Assembly (NCBI GenBank): GCA_016839945.1
Contig: JAEOTE010000097.1
Span: 1 to 15,521 of the forward strand
DNA: 15,521 nucleotides
Reading direction: 5' to 3'
From: Candidatus Heimdallarchaeota archaeon
Lineage (GTDB): Archaea > Asgardarchaeota > Heimdallarchaeia > Heimdallarchaeales > Heimdallarchaeaceae
Position numbers and translations under genes: made by a program. The notes below the pieces were generated by a model. The model saw nothing but the letters and a program-made list of their open reading frames with translations. It searched no databases and was not told the origin of the DNA. The stretch's first letter is position 1. Every line of letters begins with the position of its first letter. Shown piece after piece: positions 8,616-15,521 of this stretch.

Positions 8616-10223
8616 ATGTCACAGCTGAAAAAATTGTTTACTCATCCAAAATTTAGAATTGTCCTCCTAGTATCGTTCTTAACAATAGTAGTATGTTCAG
8701 CGACACTTGGAGGAATATATACCTACTTTACTGGGGATCTTATTATCAAGTTTGAACAGAACCTAAATGATATCGATCCTCAAGATATGGGAGTAGAAGA
8801 TTTTATTGAAGACTTTGAATTTATGTATAATTTTTTTGCAGTTAATTATCCATTCTTCGATTTGTATGAGAGAAGAATAGATTATAATTGGCTTGATCTC
8901 AAGGAAGGATATTTGAACAGAATCAGGGATTGTGAAAATAGCGCTGAATTTCTTAATGTTATACTTGATGCTATCAATACTCTGCAAAATTGCCATACTT
9001 ACCTTGTGCAACCATCTTTTACTTCTACACAACGCGAATGGTTTGTAGAAGATGATAAATATCCATATTATGAAATTTTCAACGAAGAGGTTGTTGATGC
9101 CAATCAATACTGGATTCCTATCTACAATAACGTAATGTACCAAAGAGATAATTGGTTTCTTGGTGAAAATAGAGTACACTATGATCTATTGATGGTTTAT
9201 GATAAAGGAGATTATGTCGTTCATAAAGTGTGGAATACTACAGATAATCACTTAATTAGTTCCAAAGTAGTGGCAGTGGATGGATTTCCAATTCACGACT
9301 TGATTAAAGAAAGCTACAATATTACATATCTCCATTATGATTACGCAAGGGCTAGGAATTATGTAGAATTTTTGAGACCTTTATATTTGGATTTTTCTAC
9401 AGACTTTACTTTTGAAAATTTAACTGGTGAACAATTCAATAAAACACTATCCTTTGATTCTACATTTTATTATCCTTCAATTAACTGGAGAGGGTATTAT
9501 CCAAACCTACCTGATGTGTCAACAGTACTATACCCGATTGAACGAGTTGGGTATCTACAAGTTGGAGGAATGCATAATCCCTCATTCATTCTTCATGAAC
9601 AAATTATGTCTTTCTATGAATCTATCGCAGATTATGATCATCTTATATTTGACATAAGAGGAAATAGTGGTGGTAATGATTATTTTTGGTATCACGAACT
9701 TGTTGAACCACTTCTTAAAGAAAAAGTTAAATCAACAGTATATCTAGCACTTCATAAAAAAGCGATATATTCACATATGATGAGGAGAGAACGACAATGG
9801 TTCTTCACAGTTTCAAAATCTCGTTTTAGCGAATTACCTCCAGAAGCTCAATCTAAAGACGTAAAAATCTACAAAAATCATCTTACAATTGAACCAACAA
9901 ATACAGTAGATTTTGATGGAACAATTTCTGTTCTAATTGACAAGAATATTTTTTCAGCATCTGAATCTTTCTCAGTTTTTTGTAAAAATACTGGTTTTGC
10001 CACTTTATATGGTACAAATACTGGCGGTGATGGTATTGGAGATGCTACTTACTTCGTACTACCCAATAGTAAACTGATCATTCGATACTCCTACATTCTA
10101 GGTCTCTTCCCCAATGGTCATGCTAATGAGGAAACACATACTCCACCAGATGTGTATTATGAGAGTTCTGCAGGCAATTGGAGTGAATTAATAGATTTTG
10201 TTATAAACGAACTTACTGGATGA
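8616..10223 (+). CDS. S41 family (tail-specific/C-terminal processing) peptidase, N-terminally membrane-anchored
   Basis: N-terminal TM helix, PDZ-like KVVAVDGFPI, and motifs IFDIRGNSGG, FSASESFS (catalytic Ser region), LYGTNTGGDG and PDVY. Confidence 0.9.
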   Translation: MSQLKKLFTHPKFRIVLLVSFLTIVVCSATLGGIYTYFTGDLIIKFEQNLNDIDPQDMGVEDFIEDFEFMYNFFAVNYPFFDLYERRIDYNWLDLKEGYLNRIRDCENSAEFLNVILDAINTLQNCHTYLVQPSFTSTQREWFVEDDKYPYYEIFNEEVVDANQYWIPIYNNVMYQRDNWFLGENRVHYDLLMVYDKGDYVVHKVWNTTDNHLISSKVVAVDGFPIHDLIKESYNITYLHYDYARARNYVEFLRPLYLDFSTDFTFENLTGEQFNKTLSFDSTFYYPSINWRGYYPNLPDVSTVLYPIERVGYLQVGGMHNPSFILHEQIMSFYESIADYDHLIFDIRGNSGGNDYFWYHELVEPLLKEKVKSTVYLALHKKAIYSHMMRRERQWFFTVSKSRFSELPPEAQSKDVKIYKNHLTIEPTNTVDFDGTISVLIDKNIFSASESFSVFCKNTGFATLYGTNTGGDGIGDATYFVLPNSKLIIRYSYILGLFPNGHANEETHTPPDVYYESSAGNWSELIDFVINELTG

Positions 10224-10250
10224 AACTTAGTCCTCAATTAAGAAATGTAC

Positions 10251-10278
10251 AGATGCATCAGCATCTTTTCTTATTTTT
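10251..10278 (+). terminator. Hairpin plus T-tract between the convergent S41 and DUF3795 genes
   Basis: AGATGC-ATCA-GCATCT stem-loop (10251-10266) followed by TTTCTTATTTTT. Confidence 0.5.
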
Positions 10279-10634
10279 CATTTAAGATTGCTATAAATAT
10301 TTTCTAGTCTTTCCTTTGGGTCTTCTAACTTGAGCATGTCCCATAATCCTTCAAGTGTTTCGCAAGAGAAATCATTGCAATAAGCACAATTTTTAACACC
10401 TTTCTCTAATCCACAGATTCTTACATTGCAACTGTTACAATGAACGAACAATTCCTTACCATGTGTTATACACCCATCACAGTTAATCTGTTCAGGCTTT
10501 ACTGAAAATTCTGGTCCTGACCAAGCTTGAGCTGTTTTTTCTCTAAGTTCCATATCATCAGTTCTTTTAGCAATATAAGCAGGACATTCTAAGCAATTTA
10601 TCCCACAAAATGATATTAGTTCTTCTTGTGTCAT
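10278..10634 (-). CDS. DUF3795 domain Cys-rich metal-binding protein
   Basis: CGINCLECPAY, CDGC, CNSCNVRIC, NCAYCNDFSC pattern. Likely start is ATG 10634 (MTQEELISFCG) rather than 10715. Confidence 0.85.
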   Translation of the reverse strand: MTQEELISFCGINCLECPAYIAKRTDDMELREKTAQAWSGPEFSVKPEQINCDGCITHGKELFVHCNSCNVRICGLEKGVKNCAYCNDFSCETLEGLWDMLKLEDPKERLENIYSNLK

Positions 10635-10864
10635 ATCATTTAGAAGGAGATTTTTTACTATATAAAGCTTAAGAGATTTTACATTAAATCCAATTACGTA
10701 ATTCAGAATACTCAAAAAGAAACAATATTAGTACAATAGTTAGTTTTCGATTATTAATCATGATTGTTTTCATTATTATCAAATCCAAAGAAATAGACAA
10801 AAATATACATTTTAATCTACTATAATAATCTATCTGGAACTTTCCCAAATATATTAAATAAAAT

Positions 10865-10892
10865 TTAAAGAGTGAAATTACTTCACTTTTAA
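10865..10892 (-). terminator. Stem-loop terminator candidate just downstream of the small basic ORF
   Basis: TTAAA(G)AGTGAA-ATTAC-TTCACTTTTAA forms an 11-bp stem with one bulge. It begins a few nt after the stop codon and is followed on the minus strand by a T-rich tract (ATTTTATTT). Confidence 0.5.
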
Positions 10893-10896
10893 TCTC

Positions 10897-11082
10897 TTAG
10901 TAGCCATAAAACATTGAATTATAAGTTGCTCTGATTCGAGATTTTCTGTAATTCTTGTTTGTTGTTAGGCTATTTCTTCTATGTAGTTTGTAACGATTCC
11001 TACTTTGTTTTGATTTAGGTCCATAGAAGCCAAAACCTAAATCTAGAATCTTTCTTTTGTTTTGTGTTGCCATAGTTATCAC
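10897..11082 (-). CDS. Small, highly basic, Tyr-rich hypothetical protein (58-61 aa)
   Basis: (MIT)MATQNKRKILDLGFGFYGPKSKQSRNRYKLHRR...RIRATYNSMFYGY. It has its own TATA box about 25 bp upstream of GTG 11082 (alternative ATG 11073) and a downstream hairpin. Confidence 0.6.
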   Translation of the reverse strand: MITMATQNKRKILDLGFGFYGPKSKQSRNRYKLHRRNSLTTNKNYRKSRIRATYNSMFYGY

Positions 11083-11105
11083 AGGTATACAATATCTTTA
11101 GTACG

Positions 11106-11151
11106 TATAAATTTTTATGCGACATACGTCGTGTATTTAAAAAGATTTATA
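11106..11151. promoter_or_regulatory. Divergent archaeal promoter pair with central palindromic operator candidate
   Basis: TATAAA at 11106-11111 (TTTATA on the minus strand, 24-29 bp before GTG 11082) and TTTATA at 11146-11151 (24-29 bp before GTG 11175), each preceded by an A-rich BRE-like run. CGAC-ATAC-GTCG lies between them at 11120-11131. Confidence 0.65.
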
Positions 11152-11174
11152 GAAGATTGATAGTAATTTAATTT

Positions 11175-11837
11175 GTGATAAAGAGTAAGATTGCAATTAG
11201 TACTGAAAAATATTATTCTTGTGAAGTTTCTAAGAATCTCCCAGTAAGAATCTCAGTCATAGCAGTAAATGGTCCTGAAGGATTGGGTTTTGTTGAAGCA
11301 CTAGACAAGAAAAAAGAAACTCTTGATCAGTTTGTGGAGCTAATGAAGAAATCAGATCAGATTATTGAATTTTGTATCACTCACAAGATGCCTACAATGT
11401 ACTGGAATAAAAGTAAACATAAGCTAGATTATCCGTCTATACACGATTCAATTCTTGAAAGTGGAAGTATGACAATACTACCTATTATAATTGAAAATGG
11501 GATTCAGTATCACAATATCCTATCTCCCAGTGCAGATAATTTTAGGAAATTGTTAGCATATTTAAAAGAAAGATTTACGGATGTTAACATCAGAGCATTA
11601 TCATCCAAACCTACGGAGACTTTACAGGATTTCTTAACAGATAAGCAATATGAAACCTTAATGCTTGCACATAGAAAGGGATATTATGAAATTCCTAGGA
11701 GATGCACTCTTGAAGAAATAGGAGAAGAATTAGGTATTAAGAGAGTTGCATGTCAAGAAAGGATACGAAGAGCGGAACAAAAAATTATCAATTACTATGT
11801 AAAAGATACACTGTTCAGTAATTATGGCATCCAATGA
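11175..11837 (+). CDS. HTH_10 (bacterio-opsin activator-type HTH) transcriptional regulator
   Basis: C-terminal LTDKQYETLMLAHRKGYYEIPRRCTLEEIGEELGIKRVACQERIRRAEQKII is the archaeal HTH_10 signature. Size (220 aa) is typical. Confidence 0.9.
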   Translation: MIKSKIAISTEKYYSCEVSKNLPVRISVIAVNGPEGLGFVEALDKKKETLDQFVELMKKSDQIIEFCITHKMPTMYWNKSKHKLDYPSIHDSILESGSMTILPIIIENGIQYHNILSPSADNFRKLLAYLKERFTDVNIRALSSKPTETLQDFLTDKQYETLMLAHRKGYYEIPRRCTLEEIGEELGIKRVACQERIRRAEQKIINYYVKDTLFSNYGIQ

Positions 11838-11876
11838 CTTATATTAATTTAACTCGATTCTAATGGGATACTATTT

Positions 11877-12071
11877 CTATTTAACTAAAAATGGTATATC
11901 TAAAACTAATGCTTTTTCGGGACAATCTTCTTCACATACTCCACAATACCAACATTCATCATATTTCTTGTATGGGTGTCCATCATTATTCAATCTAATA
12001 ATGTCCATTGGACAACGTTCTACACATTCACCACAGCTTGTACAGAGATCTACATCCACTATTAAAGGCAT
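11877..12071 (-). CDS. 2x[4Fe-4S] ferredoxin, AsfB/AprB-like partner of the upstream flavoprotein
   Basis: Two CxxCxxCxxxCP motifs (CTSCGECVERCP, CWYCGVCEEDCP). Start overlaps the flavoprotein stop (TAATG at 12071). Confidence 0.9.
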   Translation of the reverse strand: MPLIVDVDLCTSCGECVERCPMDIIRLNNDGHPYKKYDECWYCGVCEEDCPEKALVLDIPFLVK

Positions 12072-13717
12072 TAGTTTTTTCCTCCTTTTTTTATCGGCAC
12101 TAGTAACGTTTGAACTTCTCCTGATTTTATCCCTTTTTTAAGAACAATATGCTTAAGCCAATTCCTGTCATCTTTTTCAGGATAATCTGTTCTATAATGA
12201 AACCAACCCCATCTACTCTCTTTTCTAGCAAGAGATGCATGAACTGAAAGCTCTGCACAATCAAGAATAAACTGTATCTCCTCGAATTTACTCAACTCAT
12301 GATAATCAGTAATTCGTATGCTTTTCATTTCTTCTCTAAACCTTGGAAGCCACCATAGAAATCGTTTCAATTTTTGATCATTTTTTGGAGGTATAGCATA
12401 ATCGCTAATTGTTCGTCTAACCTTATATTCGAAATCTTTAACAGAAATTGAACCATTTTTGTTGTTATCCATAATGTTGTGTAGACGTTGTTCTTCATCA
12501 TTTATCATAGACTGATCTACTTCACTTAGTTCTTTATTATTAACAAATTTTACAGCTTCTTCAGCAGCTACTTCACCAAAAACAAAAGCCCCAGTTAAAT
12601 GCTGAAATGGTACACATGCAACATCACCTGCAGCATAGAGCCCCTTTAAGGTTGTTTCAGCTTTCTCATTAACAACAATACCTGTCATTCCATGACCACC
12701 ACAAAGTTGATACTCAGTCTCTCCTAACTCAATCAATCCTTCTCTGAAATCAACTCCACGATTTTCCCAGAATTTCTTCTGAATAGGTCTTTCAGTTGTA
12801 AACAGTATTCGTTCAATTTCTCGTATTCGTTCCTCAGGTAGATGATTCATTTTGATGAAAATAGGACCTCTTCCTTCTCGAAGCTCCTTCAACATATTCT
12901 GTGTGGAAACATACTCTAAATCAATAGTTTCTCCAAGTGCATTAACAACTTCTGCACCACGTGTCAAAGTAATGTATAGTAAGGGACAATTAAGATCCTT
13001 AATAAGAGGAGAACATTGTGTATATTCAAATCCTGTGAGTTGAGCCCCTGCTTGATAAGCTAATGAATATCCATCCCCTGCATTTCCTGGATAATCAAAT
13101 GTTCCATACAAATATCCTGAATTTGGAAGAGAAAATCTAGCACAACCACCGTTTGCTAAAATAGTTACTTTTGCTTTACAGACAACAAATTCTCCTGATC
13201 TGATATTAAATCCCATAGCACCATTTGCTCGTTCTCCATTTGCCAAGAGTTTAGTTATAATAGTTCGGTTTATTATTCTCACTCCAGCTTCTTTGACTTT
13301 TTCTGCTAGCACTAATTTCAAATCTGGAGAATCCATCTCCAGTAAAAAGTTTCCTTTTGCATGAACCTGTAAGGAAATATATTTGTTCTCTTCATCTCGA
13401 GGAAAACGAATTCCCCAACTTTCAAGGCGTTTCAGCATAGAGTAGCTTCTCTCAGCCATAATATTGCTAGGATTGTAATCTAAAATTCCTTCAGTAGCTA
13501 TTAGAGCAGATTTCATATATAATTCCGGAGATGTGATACCTGGTTGTACAACAATATTTAGAGCATCCATACCCATTGCAATAGAACCACTTCTACTTAT
13601 CTCCCCTTTTTCAATAATCACTACACTAACATCTGGATTTTGTTCTTTTGCAACAATCGCTGCCATACAACCAGCACTCCCTCCACCAATAACAAGAATG
13701 TCTGTTTCCAAGTTCAT
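12071..13717 (-). CDS. FAD-dependent oxidoreductase of the succinate dehydrogenase/fumarate reductase/AprA superfamily, AsfA-like (PRK08275-type) subgroup
   Basis: FAD motif ILVIGGGSAG, RSGSIAMGMDALN (no covalent-FAD His), LPNSGYLYGTFDYPGNAGDG, GLYAAGD and ARKESRWGWFHYRTDYPEKDD. Confidence 0.85.
   Translation of the reverse strand: MNLETDILVIGGGSAGCMAAIVAKEQNPDVSVVIIEKGEISRSGSIAMGMDALNIVVQPGITSPELYMKSALIATEGILDYNPSNIMAERSYSMLKRLESWGIRFPRDEENKYISLQVHAKGNFLLEMDSPDLKLVLAEKVKEAGVRIINRTIITKLLANGERANGAMGFNIRSGEFVVCKAKVTILANGGCARFSLPNSGYLYGTFDYPGNAGDGYSLAYQAGAQLTGFEYTQCSPLIKDLNCPLLYITLTRGAEVVNALGETIDLEYVSTQNMLKELREGRGPIFIKMNHLPEERIREIERILFTTERPIQKKFWENRGVDFREGLIELGETEYQLCGGHGMTGIVVNEKAETTLKGLYAAGDVACVPFQHLTGAFVFGEVAAEEAVKFVNNKELSEVDQSMINDEEQRLHNIMDNNKNGSISVKDFEYKVRRTISDYAIPPKNDQKLKRFLWWLPRFREEMKSIRITDYHELSKFEEIQFILDCAELSVHASLARKESRWGWFHYRTDYPEKDDRNWLKHIVLKKGIKSGEVQTLLVPIKKGGKN
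12081..12087 (-). promoter_or_regulatory. Shine-Dalgarno-like AAGGAGG for the ferredoxin gene
   Basis: AAGGAGG lies 9 nt upstream of the ferredoxin ATG, inside the 3' end of the flavoprotein gene (encoding KKGG). Confidence 0.55.
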
Positions 13718-13867
13718 GCTTTACTCAACTAGCAATCTATTCCTCATAACATTTAATAGTTGTGTAAAAAAAGTAGAATTGGTATAAATAATCAGAGAAA
13801 TTATTGCATTATAGATTTTAAAACATAAAATTCTATAAATAACTTATCAAAAAGGATTAAATGTTTC

Positions 13868-15187
13868 ATGAATGATTCAGTTTTGAAGAAAGATATAGAT
13901 GTAACAACACTTGGGGTCAAGGTTGATAATAAGAAGTATAAGCTAGATGTTGCTGCTACTGGTTTTAGTCTGATGTCTAACAAAAGAGTCACTAATGTTT
14001 TTCGATTATCCTGTGTCTTAAACGAGGAAATTGATTCCAAAAAACTTCAAACTGCTATTTCAACAATTTTACCTCGTTTTCCTTACTATAGAGTGAGTAT
14101 TAAGAAAGGTTTTTTTTGGGGAAAATTAGTTACTAATCTTGCAATTCCAGAAATACAGACTGATAGTAAATATCCTTGCCAATACATTCCATTTGGAAGA
14201 AAAAATCTTCTTTACAAAATTATTGTAGATAAGAACAAAGTTTCTCTAGAGTATCATCATTGCTTAACAGATGGTGGAGGAGGTTTGATATTTCTCAATT
14301 CTCTAATTGCTGAATATTTCAGAATTAAAGGATTATCAATTGAGGGTTGGAATGATATTCTTCTAGCAAAAGACAAAATAGATTGGTTGGAATTTGAAGA
14401 TGCATATGATAGATATAAAAAGAAGAAAATAAAAGTTCGTGAAAAAAATATCATTGGAAGAAGTTTCTATATACCTAATAAAGTTGAACCTCCTGGAGTT
14501 TTTTATCTACAGAATGTAAATGTCTCACTTGAAAGTATCAGACAAAAATCTAAGGAGTTTAATGTTTCAATTACAGCTCTGTTAGCAGCAATATACTATT
14601 ATTCTCTAGTAGAAATTCAAGAAAAAATTTATCATAAAAAAACAGAAGAACTAAAACCAATTAGTATAAGAATTCCAGTTAATTTAAGAGAAATCTTGAT
14701 ATCAAAAACAATGAGAAATTTCTCGGCAGCAGTTAGATTAGATTTGGGTCCTAGAAAGGAAGAGAAATCATTTGGAACAACAGTAAAAGTAATTCATGAT
14801 ACTCTAAAAAACCAAATTCAGAAGGATAAATTAATCTATAAAATTTCAAGAAACATAAAAACTGCAAATATGTTGATAATGCATTTAATACCCTTTCAGA
14901 TTAAGAGATTCATTGTAAGAACATTTTATTATTTGGTAAATACTCCATTTTATAGTGGCATGATATCGAATTTGAGACAGGTTTCTATTCCTAAATTATT
15001 GGAAAAATATATTGATTCTTATGAGTTTACCGTAGGTCCTGCTACAGGAAGCAAGGAAAGGATTAGTTTGGTGAGTTTTAAGGATAAATTGGTACTCACA
15101 TTTAGTAGTGTAATAAAAGAACCTATTTTAGTTGATGTATTCAAAAGAAAGCTAGAAGAATTGGGTATTAAGATATATACATGGTGA
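13868..15187 (+). CDS. CoA-dependent acyltransferase, alcohol acetyltransferase/condensation-domain (HHxxxDG) family
   Basis: YKLDVAA start motif, RFPYY, catalytic YHHCLTDGGGG, IPVNLR..., TMRNFS and ISNLRQV. Confidence 0.8.
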   Translation: MNDSVLKKDIDVTTLGVKVDNKKYKLDVAATGFSLMSNKRVTNVFRLSCVLNEEIDSKKLQTAISTILPRFPYYRVSIKKGFFWGKLVTNLAIPEIQTDSKYPCQYIPFGRKNLLYKIIVDKNKVSLEYHHCLTDGGGGLIFLNSLIAEYFRIKGLSIEGWNDILLAKDKIDWLEFEDAYDRYKKKKIKVREKNIIGRSFYIPNKVEPPGVFYLQNVNVSLESIRQKSKEFNVSITALLAAIYYYSLVEIQEKIYHKKTEELKPISIRIPVNLREILISKTMRNFSAAVRLDLGPRKEEKSFGTTVKVIHDTLKNQIQKDKLIYKISRNIKTANMLIMHLIPFQIKRFIVRTFYYLVNTPFYSGMISNLRQVSIPKLLEKYIDSYEFTVGPATGSKERISLVSFKDKLVLTFSSVIKEPILVDVFKRKLEELGIKIYTW

Positions 15188-15239
15188 TATTGAATCTTTT
15201 GATCATCCTGTAAATTGGATTGAAATTCAACCGTAGGTT

Positions 15240-15521
15240 CTAACTCATCGTGATTTTGTGCTTTTTTATATAATCAAGTGCTGTAGTTATTGTTACTTGA
15301 CATACTTTCTTTATGAATTCAAAATCCAGCTTATCAATTGTATCTGCTTCTGTATGGTAGAATGGATATCTAAAATTTGCTGAATCAGTTATCATTAATG
15401 CTGGTATTCCTTCTCGCCAAAATGGTGCATGATCTGATCTCAATAAATCGAAAAATCTCCTTGTTAATGTTTCATAACTCACTGGAATTCTTACTCTCAA
15501 GAAAGGTAGTTGTACTGATTC
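15240..15521 (-). CDS. M28 family metallopeptidase, C-terminal fragment (5' end outside window)
   Basis: Frame is open to the window edge (ESVQLPFLRVRIP...). Motifs RSDHAPFW.EGIPALMITD and YHTEADTIDKLD. Confidence 0.85.
   Translation of the reverse strand, partial: ESVQLPFLRVRIPVSYETLTRRFFDLLRSDHAPFWREGIPALMITDSANFRYPFYHTEADTIDKLDFEFIKKVCQVTITTALDYIKKHKITMS

Noticed and set aside
8763-9657. 138-aa minus-strand and 76-aa alternate-frame ORFs
   Set aside because: Shadows of the S41 peptidase gene.
10635-10715. N-terminal extension of the DUF3795 ORF (the same applies to 8459-8527 of the zinc-ribbon ORF)
   Set aside because: AT-rich promoter-like sequence upstream of where the recognisable domain begins.
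12071-13717. Calling this gene sdhA/frdA or aprA
   Set aside because: No covalent-FAD His, and no SdhB-type or membrane subunits nearby. Motifs fit the AsfA-like subgroup better than true AprA, so no gene symbol is given.
11863-14454. ORFs 11863-12141, 12852-13043, 13533-13787, 13801-14040 and 14257-14454
   Set aside because: Antisense to the well-supported ferredoxin, flavoprotein and acyltransferase genes.
1-15521. CRISPR array, tRNA/rRNA, transposase or integrase
   Set aside because: No regularly spaced repeats, cloverleaf or GC-rich RNA segments, or recombinase motifs were seen.

Overview
AT-rich (roughly 30% GC by eye) prokaryotic accessory region. TATA-type promoters about 25 bp upstream of start codons, an HTH_10 regulator, N-glycosylation-rich surface proteins and a single-pass membrane protein with a cytoplasmic longin/roadblock-like domain suggest an Asgard archaeon (probably Heimdallarchaeia-like); this is inference. 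Left to right: a truncated ORF with a tRNA-guanine-transglycosylase-like N-terminus (missed by the ORF track), TIGR04076 protein, DUF4412-like/SnoaL fusion, C-terminally anchored surface protein, GNAT+TPR, 836-aa receptor-like protein, zinc-ribbon membrane protein, S41 peptidase, DUF3795 protein, a small basic ORF divergent from an HTH_10 regulator, a translationally coupled AsfAB/AprAB-like flavoprotein-ferredoxin pair, an HHxxxDG CoA-dependent acyltransferase and a truncated M28 peptidase. No rRNA, tRNA, CRISPR array or transposase was seen. The most notable unexplained unit is the HTH_10/micro-protein cassette, which has back-to-back TATA boxes, a CG-rich palindrome between them and a terminator-like hairpin. 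All family calls come from motif recognition, not database searches.
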